Shown here: in pieces, positions 36,701-51,700 of the stretch
How the letters are laid out: every line of letters begins with the position of its first letter
Position numbering within the stretch: position 1 is the first letter of the stretch
DNA from: Mytilus californianus
Lineage: Eukaryota
Length of the DNA: 64,000 nucleotides
Direction: 5' to 3'
Assembly (NCBI RefSeq): GCF_021869535.1
Contig: NW_026262604.1
Coordinates: forward strand, 19,220,001 to 19,284,000
Program-made: the position numbers and the translations under genes
Notes under the pieces: model-generated
Database searches by the model: none
Seen by the model: only the letters and a program-made list of their open reading frames with translations
What the model was told of the DNA's origin: nothing

Positions 36701-39700
36701 TACTAATAAAATAATTTAATTTGTCTTAGACAATACATGATTTTTTAAATAAAGTATTTATTATTATAAGCTACATAATGGAACCCCTCTCCCCCAACTT
36801 AAATGCTTCCTATCAAAATTGATTTTGTCCCCATATTTAAGCTGAATATATAATCCATTATGACATAGACATATATATATATATATATTCTTTATATGAA
36901 TTTTATGCATTCTTTTTTCTTTTTCTTTCAAGGAATATGCAGATAATGTAATGGAGAATACTTGAAAGCATATACATCATGTACAGAAAAAAAGGTAACA
37001 TAGTTTTATTACATATACCAATATAAAACAAAATGTAGGTATAACTGCAAACGGTTTGGGTTTTCTTATACGGTATCTCTACTACCCGAGGGTTATGATT
37101 CTTTTTCTACACTTCATGTGAGGTGGATGATAATTCTGGTCTATGTAAATAAATTGCTAACGGAACCACCATTAAAATTGCATTGAATTTATCATTTATC
37201 TTTATACGACCGCAAAAAATGTTTTGGGATCGTATAATGGTATGATGTCGTCGTCGTCCGAAGACATATTGGTTTCCGGACAAAAACTTTAGTTTAAGTG
37301 AATGGATCTCTATGAAATTTTTTAAGAAGGTCCAATACCACAAAAGGAAGGTTGGGATTTATTGAACCATGTGAGGGAGAATAAAAAAAAAAGATGTTTA
37401 TAATGACAAAAACTCTCAATCAGAAAATTAAGTAGCTTCAGGTCTGTCATTTTATTTTTGCTACCTATATACAAACATGATAGACTAGGCAGTTAGTCTT
37501 CTCAATTAAATAGTTTCATAATTTTTATGTCAGGGCCTTTCATAACAGACTATATGATATGGGGTTGGTTGAAGGCCGTACAGTTGCCTGTAGTGGTTTC
37601 TATCTAATTCATTTAAAATTTGTTTGATATTTGTCTCATTAACAATTACATGTACCCGTATACCATATTTCATTAGTTTTTGTATGTACATGTATGTATA
37701 TGAAATACAATATAAAGACGCAGATGTATGCCGGCATATTGTTTATGACATAGTATACAATAGACATGATAGAATACCAACATCTGCACCTTGAAATTTG
37801 CAGTAAAATATAATTTGCCATAATATTAAATGTTAGTAAGAATTGATTGCTTTTTTTCATATGATTTATTGTCTTCACTGTAATTTGTAAATTGTATCAA
37901 TCAAAAATTAAATATAATCAATGATAAGCATTGTATTTTTTATGTAGGATATCAATGGCAATGGCATGGATATAGAGATTGATGATCCAAATGAAGACAA
38001 ACCTAATGTTAATAAATTTGTAAGTATAGTTTAGTGTGGCACACATACATATATCATGAATATTGTTCAGTATGGTGAAGTAGTAGGCAGGTGGGTGAGG
38101 GGAAACAGGGTAGATAATTTCTACAATTAAAGAAGAGCCAAATGATGTTACATGTGTATGAAGTTATAAAAGGTTGGTAAAAAATATATACAAAAGGAAT
38201 ATTCAAACTCATAAATTGAAAACAAACATATCATGAGGGAAAGATTTTTTTTTTGGAAGAGGGGGAAATTTTTTTTCTCAATTCAGATTTCAGAAATTAA
38301 CAAATAAAATTTCTTCCAATATTTTTTTCTTGTTGGCAAAATAAAGGGTGAGGGGGAGGGGGTAACAAATTTCTTTTTTTGGAGAGGAGGGGGGTCAATA
38401 CGCAACAGCATAGTGTATTGCTTAAAAGCAAAAAAAGGGGGAGTGGGTTAAATTCGCAACAGCATAGTGTATTGCACAAAAACAAAATATTGAATATATA
38501 AATATAAATTCAAATCATATAACCAATTCTAAGTTCTTTGATTAAAGTTATTCTGTGTCAGAAACCTATTATTGTAAAATATTTAATTACAATCCAAATT
38601 CAGACATGTATTAAGCATCGCCAGTAAAACTGCATTTGTGACAGTCAAATCGACAATTGACGGTGGCAACTCTTCAACTACAGTACTGTTATTCCTTCAG
38701 TGTGCTTATCAGTCTATATGATTGTGACCTCATTTTTTTGTTCGTTTTCCAATGTTAAGTTTAGTTTTTATACGACCGCAAAAAAATTTTCCGGTCGTAT
38801 ATTTGAATGACGTTCGCGTCGTCGTCGACCAAAGACACATTGGTTTTCGCACTCTAACTTGAGTTTAAGTAAATGGATCTCTATGAAATTTTACCATAAG
38901 GTTCAATACCACAAAAGGAAGGTTGGGATTGATTTTGGGGGTTATGGTACCAACAGTTAAGGAATGAGGGGCCAAGAATAAGCATTTGTATAACTTCCAG
39001 ACATAACTTGTGTGTTAGTGTATGGATCTCGCTGACATTGTACCACAAGGTTCCATATCACAAAGGGAATACTGGGATTGATATTGGGGGAAATTGCCCA
39101 AAACGTTTTGGAATTTGGGGCCAAAAAGGGGCCAAAAAACAAACATTTTTCTAGTTTCCAGACAATAAATTGTGTTCAAGTGTACGGATCTCTCTGAAAT
39201 TGTACTGCAAGGTACCATACCTCCACATTTTAGGAATAAGGGAAAAAAAAAGGGGCAACAAACAAGCATTTTTCTAGTTTTATGAAAATTACTTGTGTGT
39301 AAGTGTATGGATCTTTTTGCAATTGTACTACAAGGTTCCATATCACAAAGGAAAAACTGGAATTGAGTTTGGGGGTAATTGCCCGAAACGTTTTGGAATT
39401 TGGGGCCAAAAAGGGGCCAAAAAACAAGCATTTTTCTAGTTTCCAAACAATAACTTGTGTTTAAGTGTACGGATCTCTCTGAAATTGTACTGCAAGGTAC
39501 CATACCCCAAAGGGAAGGTTGGGATTGAGTTTTGGGGGGATGAATCATAAGGGGGCTCAGAAAAATTGAGGGGGGATATTTTTTTCCTTTTTTTTCTATA
39601 AAATTTTTCATTTTAAATTGGTTATTTCTGATTTATAAATAAAAGCAAAATAATAATGATATGATTTAAATAGGTAAATTAAAAATGTTTCAGTTCTTAG

Positions 39701-42700
39701 ACAACATTCATTCGGTGTCAGAAACCTATGCTGTGTCAAATATTTAATCAAAATCCAAATTCAGTGCTGTATCAAGCTTGAATGTTGTGTCCATACATGC
39801 CCCAACTGTTCAGGGATCGACCTCTGCGGTCGTATCAAGCTGCGCCCAGCGGAGCATTTCGTTTTAGTTTATGTAAGGAATGAAACAGGTGAGAAATTTT
39901 AGTAGTTGCACTCTTGTTTTTTAGGACATGTAGGAGTAGATTTGTACAAGAGAAATATATTGTTGTTACAAAAGTCAAGTTTAAGTCAACAAACTTGCTT
40001 ATATTGTAGTCAAAATTAGTGGCTACAACAGATGATGAAGATGAGCATTGTAACTATACACTTCGCACGAGAAAAACAAATTCATCTACCTTTGATAAGG
40101 TAAGTCAGTCACTGTAATCATAACACATTTAAGAACAATATAACCAAATAAAAAAGGTTGAAAACTTCTTGCAGAAGAATTGTATCCATCCAGATAACTT
40201 CATATTCATAGAAATTAATATTATCAGGCATATAACATTAGAAAATGAATGCGCTTATTTATCTGTATATCTTGAAATAATTCTCGCTTAAATTTAAAAA
40301 AAAATATCTTCTCTCTTACAAACGATGTGTTATTTGGTCCAAGACAAACAGAAAGAACCCACATGAGAAGCAGCATTCAACAGTTGAACACAAGATAAAA
40401 AAATACTATTTCAATTATTTAAAAAAATAAATGTGGATAGTGTCCACATGTGGACATAGATGATGCCCCCGCTTGAATATCATATAGTTATAAAGGGACA
40501 TAACTGAAGAACGGTAAAAAAGACGCTACCCAAATTTGAACTTGATCTGAATTTTGTGGTAATAAGCATTGTGTGGAAGTCTCATAACATTTGGTTGAGG
40601 CTAACTTAAGTAGAGAACAGAAACTAAAAATTCAGCAATTTTTCTATTTGTAAACACGCATAACTCTAGAACGGTTGTGTATAAGTTTTATAACATTTGG
40701 TTGAGACAAACTAAAGTTAGAGAACGGAAATGAAAAATTCAGCAATTTTTATGTTTATAAAGGGACATAACTCAAGAATGGTAAAAGTGTCGCCACCGAA
40801 TTTCGTACTTAATCTGTATTATGTAGTAATAAGCATTGTGTATAAGTTTCAAAATATTTGGTTGAGGCAAACTAAAGTTGGAAAACGGAAACCAAAAATT
40901 TGTACTTGATCTTAGTTTTGTGGTAATGAATATTGTGTATAGGTTTCATAATGTTTGGTTGGGGCAAACTTAAGTTATAGAATGGAAACTAAAAATTTTG
41001 CAATCTTTTGATTTATAAGGGGGCATAACTTAATAATGGTTAAAGTGACACTACCCAAATTCAACTTGATCTGTGTTTTATCCGTGGAAGTCAAAATTAA
41101 ACATTGCATTGTATAAAGCATTGATTGTAGTTGATTCAACTATAATCATGGACAAAGGAAGATAACTCCAATTTTAAAAATTACTTGATATTTAGAAGAA
41201 AATAAAATTTTTGCAATGTTTCCATTTATAAAGGGGCATAACTCTAGAACAGTTTAAGTGACGCCACCAAAATTCAAACTTGATCTGTGTTTTGTGGTAA
41301 TAAGTATTGTATATAAGTTTCATAACATTTGGTTGAGGCAAACTTAAGTTAGAGAACGGAAACTAAAAATTTTGCAATTTTTCCATTTTTAAGGGGTATA
41401 ACTCTAGAACGGTTTAAGTGACGCCAACAAAATTCAGACTTGATCTGTGTTTTGTGGTAATTAGCATTGTGTATTTATAAGTTTCATAACATTTGGTTGA
41501 GGCAAACTTAAGTAAGAGAACGGAAACCAATTTTGGGACGTACGTACGTGCGTACGTACAGACGGACAAGGGTAAAACTTATTGCCACACAGCTACGGCG
41601 TGGGCATTAAAAGCTCTATAACAACATGAACAATATGACCTCTCATATAAAACAAAAAGTAAGACCAGATGCTCCTGACTAGTCAGCATTACTTGATCCA
41701 TGTATGGTACCTGTCATGTAAGGCAGCACCAAACACAACTTTTATTGCAAAACTATGGTTATCACAATACTATAATAAATACATGTACATGCAGCATAAG
41801 CTTTGACAAACATCTTACAACATTGTATAAAAAAGTACAAATGTAATATAATGAGAGTCACTTCATCTGTGTCCTGTTTGTATTTTAAAGTTTCTGTTTC
41901 ACTTCAATGAAGTTGAAAAAGGAAGATTTCAGCATGCTGTCTCCTGAAAAAAAAAGAATGTTGGGATTGATTTTGGGGGTAATGGCCCTAACTTTTTCGG
42001 AAAAAGGGACCAACATCAAGTCAATACTTTTCTAATACTTCTATATATGAATTGCTTATTTATAGATCAATTTAATTGGGTTTAAATCAAAACTTTATTC
42101 TTCTTTGGGGTTTTTATCAAAAATTGAATTCTTGGGATTCTTTGATAAGCCAAATGTAACTGTATATTCAGAATCTTAAGTATGGGCCCTGTTTCTAAAT
42201 TGGTCCACATTAAGGCCCTCAAGGGTCTAAATAAAACTTTGTTTGATTTCATAAAAAATCAATTATTGGGGTTCTTTGATATGCCTATTATTCTTACCTC
42301 ATATTTATATTTTTATACACTGCCAAAAAATTTTGGAGTCGTATATTGGTATCACTTTGCCATCTGCAATGTCAGAAGACACCTAGTTTCCGGACAATAA
42401 CTTTAGTTTAAGTGAATGGATCTCTATGAAATTAACCACAAAAGGAAGGTTGGGAATGATTTCGGGGGTTATGTTCCCAACTGTTTAGGAATTTAGGGCC
42501 TAAAAAGGGGTCCAAATAAGTATTTTTATACGCCCGTTTATGGGACATATTATGGTTTGCTGTTGTCCGTCTGTCCGTCCGTCCGTCGTCAACATGTCGG
42601 ACTTTAATTCAAAAACGCTTTAACCAATATGCATGAAACTTTGGTGAAGTGTTTATATCTATTGACGTGAGCTCCCTTTCGTTTTTTATAAATTTGGGAT

Positions 42701-45700
42701 TTACGTTTCAGAGTTTTGGGGTTTTATTCATTAAAAAAGGGGGGATTTTCCAGTTTTGGGACAATAACCCAAAAACAATTTCACCAATTTGCATGAAACT
42801 TTTGTGAATGTTTTATATCTATTGACGTGAGCTCCCTTTTGTTTTTTTATAAATTTCTGATTTACCGTTTCCGAGTTTTGGGGTTTTATATAGGGATGTC
42901 AACGAGTACTCGAGTACTCGAGTATCGCTAGTTAGTACCGAGTATCGAATACCAAAACGATACTCGACTAATCAGTTTCCTGTTAGAATGTTGTTGCTTT
43001 CTTAAGCTTAAACAAAAATATTTTTATTGAGAGCGCCTCCTAGGAAATAAAATATTAATCAATATTAAAATATGTCTCGAATGTGTGCGTTTAATTGTCA
43101 TTTTAAATTCCTCCGAACAGAGGTAGGCTATGAACAAGAGCACCTTTCCAATGCTTACACTTTTAGCTAATCTTATAGTCATTCCCCCTCCCCCACCTCT
43201 GTACCGTCAGAGCAAATATTTTCATCAGCAGGAATGTTAAATACGTAACAAAGTTGAGAAATAACCTCGTCGCAGAAAAAGCTGACAAGATAATATTTCT
43301 AAATAAGAACAAATTCGTTGCACCCTGTGTTGACCCTCAGAAAATGATTAAAGGCATCAATAAGTTCTAATCATTACCCCTTTGCTGACCATTAATGTGT
43401 TTTTTTACGATTCCCAAATACTGTTGTTTGAGTAATCATTTTTCTAAAGATGTGTTTTAACATGATTAATTAATTGATTAGATTATTGCCAATTTACTTA
43501 ATTGGTACAAGTAGTAAATGAGCTATTAATTATGGTATAAAATTCCTGGAACAATTATCTAGTCCTAGGTAATATTGTTGAGGGTTTTACGTTAAGAAAA
43601 CGACAAACAATACATAAAATAGGTATGATTTTGTGTTTCCATTTTGTAGATGTTTTTCCGAGCGAGTACTTGAGTATCACTCGGTAAATCCAACGAGTAC
43701 TCGATTAGTAAATCTTTATCGAGTTGACATCCCTAGTTTTATTCATTAAAATAGGGGGGGGGATTTTCCAGTTTTCTGACAATAACTCAAAAACAATTTC
43801 ACCAATTTGCAAGAAACTTTGACGAATTGTTCATTTCTATCGACATGAACTCCCTTTTGATTTTTATAAATTTTAGACTATACGTTTCCGATTTATGGGG
43901 TTTTATTCATTACAAAAATAGGGATTTTCCAGTTTTCGGACAATAACTCAAATGTTATGAAACTTTGGTAAATTGTTTATATCTATTTTTGTAAGCTCCC
44001 TTTTTATATTTATAAATTTTTGAATTTAGGTTTCCGAGTTATAAGATTTTATTTGTTTATAGTCTTGACAACAGATTTACTTAGCATTGCGCAACAGCAC
44101 AGTGTTTTGCACAACAGCAAGAAATCTTTAATTAAATATCAATTCAATTCATATAACCAATTTCAAGTTCTTCGACTACATTTATTCAGAAACCTATAAT
44201 ATGTCAAATATCTTATTACAATCCAAATTCAGACCTGTATCAAGCTTGAATATTGTGTCCATTTTTGCCCCAACTGTTCAGGGTTGGACCTCTGCGGGCG
44301 TATCCAGCTGCGCTCAGCGAAGCAGTTTATCCTAGTTTCCAGACAATAACTTGTGTGTAAATGTATGGATGTTTCTGAATTTGTACCATAAGGTTCCATA
44401 CCAAAAAAGGAAGGTTGGGATCGATTTTGGTGGTTATGGCCTTTTCTGTTTAGGAATTAGGGGCCAAAAACAATATTTGTATAAATTGTTTATTTCTTGA
44501 CCAATTTCAATAGGGTTTTATTCTTGAATTTGTGGGGTTCTTTAATATGCTGAATGTAACCGTGTATAACGTTTTTGGATTTTGGGCCCTGTTTTTAAAG
44601 TGGTCCACATTGAGATCCAAAGGGTCCAAAACTAAACTTTGTTTGATTTCATTAAAAATTGAATTATTAGCGTTCTTTGATATACGAATCTATCCGTGTA
44701 TTTAGATGTTTGATATATTGTCCTGTTTTCAAACTGGGATACATTAAGGTCCGAAGGGTCCAAAATTAAACTTAGTTTGATTTTAACAAAAAATATTCTT
44801 GATTTCTTGGGGTTCTTTGATATGCTGAATCTATACATGTATTTAGATTTTTGATTATGGGCCCAGTTTTCAAGTTGGTCCAAATTTGGGTCCAAAATTA
44901 AACTTTGTGTGATATCAACAAAAATTGAATTATTGGGGTTCTTTGCTATGACGAATCTATTCGTGTATATAGATTTTTAATTTTTGGTCCCGTTTTCAAA
45001 TTGGTCTTCATTAAGATCCAAAGGGTACAAAATTAAACTTAGTTTGATTTTAACAAAAATTTAATTCTTTGGGTTCTTTGATTTGCTGAATCTAAACATG
45101 TATTTAAATTTTTGATTATGGGCCCAGTTTTCAAGTTGGTCCAAATCGGGGTCCAAAATAAAACTTTGTTTGATTTCAACAAAAATTTAATTATTGTGGT
45201 TCTTTGATATGCTGAATCTAACTGTGTTTGGATTTTGGGCCCTGTTGTCAAATTAGTCAACAGGTCAAAAGGGTCCAAAATTACACTTTTCTTTTATTAA
45301 AAGATAAACTTTGTTTGATTTCTGACATCAAAAATATAATTAATGTTAGTCTTTTATTTGATATGCTGAATTCTAACCATGTATATTAAGAAATTGTTGA
45401 ACATCCTTACATATGATATTGTTTAGTTCTTTTTGAATGACAATTGTTACCTGCATGATTTTCTATTTATAGAATTTATACACATATTCACAAGACAGCG
45501 AGGGGCAAGTTAGTACAGTGTGCAGCAGTCAAGATTCAAGTTGGAGCCAAGGGGACGAAGTATTGCCTCTTAAAGAAATCCAAATTGCTGATATCAACAA
45601 GGCTATTTATGTTCTAGGTCATGGTTGTATCAGTCCACTTAGATCAAAGCTGAACACAAAAATAGATGAAGCAAAAAACCGAACCATCCGATACTACAAA

Positions 45701-48700
45701 AGAAAGGCTGAGGAAACATCTGAAGCTCTATATAATGCTATTGCACCTAAACAAGGAACTAAACTAAGGAGAATTTCTGATCAGGTTCCAGTAACGAAAG
45801 GTGATGATGACCTTCTTTATGTTGTTTTCCAGATGTGTAAAAGTATAAAGGATGCAGATGTAAAGTGTCAACTTTTGTCTCTTGTTGTGAACCAGTTTTC
45901 AAAGACTGATTTGTTGACATGGATTCCTGAGATCACAAAATATCAAATAGATAAAGCCAGAAAACATGCATTTGTTAATGGTCCTGGCTCATGTATACAA
46001 TCTTCAAAGACACAACAACATAGAAAGAGAATAAACTATGTCATATTACAGCATGCTGTAGAATTCTTCAGTGACCCATCTTTCAAACAAATATCATCTT
46101 ACACTACCCATGACCTAAAATTAGACTCGGGAGATATTCTTGTTATCCCAGATGTTGTTAGAACAGTCATCAATTCAAACTTGATTAAACTGTATAAACT
46201 CTACTGTGCCGACAATGATTTCAATCCTCTAAGTGACTCAACACTGTATCAAGTTTTGAATGCATGTGAAGCATCCAAAAGGAAGTGCCTTAAAGGTTTA
46301 GACAACATTGCTGTAGATGGCACCACAGCATTTGACAACATTTTGTCCCTAATTTCCAAGCTGAACAAAACAGAGGACTGGAAGAGTACATTTAAGAGCA
46401 AACTTTTAAATAGTAGACTGTACTTAAAAACAGATTACAAACTGCATATAAAAAGAGAAGATGAATGTGCCTTCCATTGCCTGCAGTATTCATTAAGTGA
46501 TCCAAAAGTTGGTGCCCTTAGTGTTGGATGTGAACATGCATCAAAAGGCATGCGACAGATGTCTGCTGCTTGGAGATATTGTTGAAGAAGTTCGGTTGGC
46601 CATTTTATCCAGCTGTCCAGAGGATCAAGAAGCTTTCCTCCAAGACCTGGAAATATCAACAAGGCAGATTGAGGACTGGAGATCTCACATCTTGAGAACA
46701 ATCAACCAAGATGATGTCAGGTTTGATCTTCTGAACAGCATACAAGGCAATGAAGAAATTATTATCATAGATTGGGCAGTGAAATACCTTCCACAGATGT
46801 TTAGGGAAAGAATGAAAGATTTCTTTGGTCAAAAAGGGATGCACTGGCATGTGTGTGTTGCCATTTTTAAAGATGAAGACAACAGTTTAAAGGTAAGAGT
46901 AATATTATTTAAATGATAATCCTATTTACCATTATAATGAACCTAAATGTCATCAAACATGGCAGCCATTATTACTGAAAATTTAAAATATATATATGCA
47001 ACAAAAATCTTGAAAAACTCTGTAAACAAAAATATTACATAACAAAAATTATTAATGACCAAACAGCTAAAAGTGGCCCATTGATGAGGAAAAACTACAA
47101 GTAATGCAAAAAAATTAAAAATCTTTAAAAAAAAACAATTGTTACTGAATTTCATGGAAATAATTCACCAAGCTTGGCCACCACTATTCCTTAAAGGTGT
47201 AATACCACCATTGATTTTCCCTATTAGTCTTTGTTAAATTTGCACTTTTCAAAAAATTGTGCAGAATTTATCTTTGTTTCAAATAAAGAAATACTTGGCA
47301 TGAATAAAGTTTTATCATGTCCAGTACTATAGAAAAAATTTCACATAACATTTCATTGCATATAAGAAAATAACCATCACTGGAAGTTAACCAATCAAAT
47401 TTTCCCCCTTTTTAAACCTGTGTACTAGCTTTAGTAACCATGTAACCTCAAGTTTCCAAAATGTTCTATAGAAACCCCAAATAAAAAAATAATGGTGATT
47501 TGAAATACCCAAGATATATGTTTAAGACCCAGAAATGTTTTACTGCAATGAAATGTAAGATCAATTACCTACAACTGTCAAATTCAAGTGAATATTTTTT
47601 CCGACCTATTTTCGTATGCAACCGGATGTGACGTACTATGATTTGGTGGTATTACACCTAAACAAACATTTTTTTCCAAAATGATTGGACAGTAACATGA
47701 TGGCTGCATGGAACATAGTTAGGGAACCAACAAACCCTATGGGAAATTTTTTTAAGTACACATGTCTGCTTTCACCAATCTGAACCAAACTTGATAAGAA
47801 TGATATTTGAAAATTCAATAAGTTTGTCAGTTACTTCGTTATCAAGCATGGTTAGGTCTGCAATTTCCCTTGAGTACTCTGGATTCCTAAAACATTGGCA
47901 TTGGTGACCAATAGATAAATAAATCCATTCCCCATTTCCATTCTCAATTTTATTTATATTAAATGAGAAGACCTTATTTTGCGTGTTGCTTCTCTTTTTT
48001 CCACAATAAATTAATTATCAACCATCTGTGTCCTAACGGTACCATGCACAGTCGCATTTGTCATTCTCTTTTATGATTATTCAGTTTCGGTTATTTTGAG
48101 AGAAAAATGGAAATAAGGCGTCCAGATATTGTTTCCGTCATTGGAAAGATTTTTAAGTCATAGACAAGACTTCCGTTATATTTAGGACTGTGAAAACAAC
48201 AAATAGTTTTGATAGATACTTGGGAACAGGACAATTATTTTTGCGTTACATATTCTATAAATAGAGTGTATTTGCTATTTACTGTTGGTGACACAGTGGA
48301 AAGTAAACTTTGAAATGATAGTAAATAGGAAATACACTTTATTTATAGTATATGTATGTTCATAGTAACAGAAGAATTGAATAATAGAAAACAAAAAATT
48401 ACGGATTTTGGAAAAAGGAGGATGAAAGAAAAAAATTGTAATGTCAGCCTACAGAAGTTTTACATACTTTAAACCACGGTCTAAATTACAGCTATTTCGC
48501 AAGTGTGTTTTAGTTTTATTTATTTGTAGAAAGTCATATTAAACACCATCCATACTTTGACGGTATACAATAAGAACTGATTTTTATTTTAGCACAAGAC
48601 CTTTACTTATATAATGGACCATGTGAAGCAGAACTTCTTCGGTGTTTTATCCCTGTTGGAGCACACACTATCTTCTATTAAGAAACCGTTACCACAAATC

Positions 48701-51700
48701 ACAGAGGCATACCTTAGATCTAACAACGCTGGTTGTTACCATTGTGGTCAGCTGTGGCTAGCAATACCAAGTTTGTCAGAATGAACAGGTAATATTATAT
48801 CACTTTCACTGAAATACAAATATGGAGTTTTTTAGGATTTTGTTTTGGTACCATGCCCAACATAATAGGAGAGGGAGGGCATAGAAATAACAGTGAGTTA
48901 TGTTCCTTGGAAATGTTAATGACATAAATTCCTTTGTAAGGGCTCCCACATATACCATAATTGCTAGGTTTTTATAAAACTTGTATCAAACATTGTCAAA
49001 TGCTTATTCAAGAATGAGCAATTTCTGGGAAAAATTATTACAAATATCTCAAGGTACTATTCTTTACAAAGCACAAAAATGTCATTATTCACCTCAAAAG
49101 CTAACAAAACCTTTAAACAGACTTATTAAGAAGGGATATGGTTATGATACTGTTGTCAGGTCATTAAAGATTGCATATTTTGGCTTTAATATTGATTCAC
49201 TTATAGGGTCTTTGCATCGGAATTAAACACATTTATTCTAAAACCAGTTGTTGGCATGACACGGGTTATGTTCTTCTCATATATTTTATGACGGTATAAT
49301 ACTAAACCCCTAACAGGAGGGATTGTGCCCGATATTCATATGATGAAGACATAATCTTGTCATAATGTCAGTAACTGCTAGTAGTCTGTTGTTATTTATG
49401 TATTATTGTCATTTTGTTCATTTTCTTTTGTTTCCTATTCTGACATCGGACTCGGACTTCTCTTATACTGAGTTTTACTTTGCGTACTGTTGTGCGTTTG
49501 TTTTTTCTACATTGGCTAGAGGTAAAGGGGGAGGGTTGAGATCTCAAAACACATGTTTAACCCGCCGCATTTTTGCGCCTGTCTAATGTCAGGAGCCTCT
49601 GGCCTTTGTTAGTCTTGTATCATTTTTAATTTTAGTTTCCTGTGTGTAATTTGGAGTTTAGTATGACGTCCATTATCACTGAACTAGTTTATATAATTTG
49701 TTTAGGGGCCAGCTGAAGGACGCCTCCGGGTGCGGGAGTTTCTCGCTGCATTGAAGACCTATTGGTGGCCTTCAGCTGTTGTCTGCTCTATGGTCGGGTT
49801 GTTGTCTCTTTGACATATTCTCCATTTATTCTAAATTTTATACATGTATATCCTGCTCCACATTTGTAAATTTTAATCCATCTCCAACATAAAGATAAAT
49901 TAAGGAACAAGTGAAATGTACTGTAGGATAATATACCCTTTTAAAGGAATTTAAAAATTGGTGTATTTGCTGGACCAATTCACTAACATTTAAAGATGAA
50001 TGCGAGGAAAAAATAAATATTGGAACTTCAGGCCAGTTTGTGTTAGTATCGCCAAGATCTTGTTCACACTCGTTACAAAAAGTAAGTTGTCAGGGTCATC
50101 TATCTAAAAAAAAAAGAAATAAGGTCAAAAGACACTACCAAAAGCCCTCTCGACCAATCATATTATCTTATTCCTTAATATGATAATCATATAAGAATTA
50201 TTTCAATATATATGTTTACTCTCATCAATGTTTGTAGGTTGTATCTTTATAAATAAAAAAAACAAAACAAAAGCATTATTTATTTTTTTAGGGATACAAA
50301 TCAAAAGTTATGATTATAGTGAGGCCCAGAGTGGCAAAAGCTACTGTGATCCTAAAATTGCCCATATGAGACAAAAAATGAGAATTTTCTCTGCAGAAGG
50401 CCATAACATCACTACAGCTATGCAGATGAAAGAAGCGATTGATAGTGGAGCTGGAGTTAAAGGAGTTTATGCATCAGTTGTTGATGTTGATACAAGAAAG
50501 CATCAGCTTAAAACACATTCTTGGAAAGGTGTAAGCTTTATCATGAATGTAGATTACACAAGTTCTGGAATAAAAACATGGAAAGCATACAGAATAGGAG
50601 ATGGTTGCTTTATCGAGAACAACAAGGTAAAGCAAATGTTTCGCGGTGAACAACCAGCTACTTGTTTACAGATCATCAGTGATGACTTTCAAGATCATGA
50701 GTCATCAGGGCATATCAATCTAAAACAAGGAACATCAGCAGAAATTCATGAACAACATGTATCATCCAACCAAACTGCCTCATCAAAGTTCCTCATCATC
50801 AAACCAATCAATAGTCATAGAACAACAAATTCCTCAATCATCAAATTGTACTACAGTCTTAGAAGAATTGGACACTTCATTACAAGACCATGAAGGCAAT
50901 AATGTTGACAACGTATTCTATTGCCCAGAGTATGGCTGCACTAAGGCTTATCAGTCATTTGAAAAAATGCAAGATAACATTCTCATTGGAAAACACTCAA
51001 AACAACTATTAAATGACTCAACTTATGACAAAGCTAAAAAGATCTGGGCTGAAAAATGTGAAAATCTTCATGCTTCTACTCATGTCACTATTGAATCTGA
51101 TCCTGGAACCTCTAGCAGCAACAATTTCAATATACCTGCAATGGGTTGGGCGTTAAAGAGAGAAAAAGTATGTCAGATTTTCACAGAATGTGAAATCATA
51201 TCTTACAGAATTATTTAAGATTGGAGAGGCTAGTGGCAAGAAAGAAAATCCAGCAGCTGTTGCTATGAACATGCGTAACATGTCAGAAAATGGAAGACGA
51301 AAGTTTTCCCCCAATGAATGGTTACAACCTAGCCAAATTGCATCATTTTTTTTCAAGACTTGCTATGAATGCAGGAAAGACAATAATGTGTATACACAGC
51401 TGTGATTTAGATGCTGGTGACAGTGATTTATTGGCCGTGCTGAATGAATTAGAGAATCAAGAAATCCATGAAAAATTACATTTATAGTCAATCACTCTAT
51501 TTGTCTGTTTGTAACTAAATCTTGAAGACATTTTATTTCACTATGACAAAATTTCAATGTGAGGGATATCAATCGTTTGGCTTTCATTGTTTGTACCTCA
51601 GTCGTCTGAACATAAAGTTTTGTAAGAAAGTTTATTGAAAGGTCATCTATAAAATTCATGTTTTTATGCCCCACCTGTGATAGACACATTGGTTTTCTCA

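Larger units (their letters stand above)
35023..51487 (+). pseudogene. Spliced Sola3-like DDD transposase, disabled (exons 35023-35425, 36933-36994, 37948-38019, 40010-40099, 45473-46892, 48593-48788, 50292-51487)
   Basis: Phase-compatible GT-AG exons. Motifs: CPYHRDFLGINW..C.YPIH..VPIGSGIC.C; DWAVKYLPQMFRE..DFFGQKGMHWH; RSNNAGCYH (family SDNAGCYH); YDYSEAQSGKSYCD; FYCPEYGC; GWALK. Stops at 35119, in exon 2 and in exon 6; frameshifts at about 46540 and three in the last exon. The family name rests on recalled motifs. Confidence 0.8.

Noticed and set aside
39015-39611. 198-aa minus-strand ORF with internal repeats (and similar ORFs at 44632-45278 and 51943-52128)
   Set aside because: These are translations of tandem units within non-coding HINE-like repeats, with no domain-like features.
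45518-46916. Programmed frameshift or two separate host genes
   Set aside because: The joint exon is 1 nt off a multiple of three, and the same gene has other stops and frameshifts, so mutational decay explains it.
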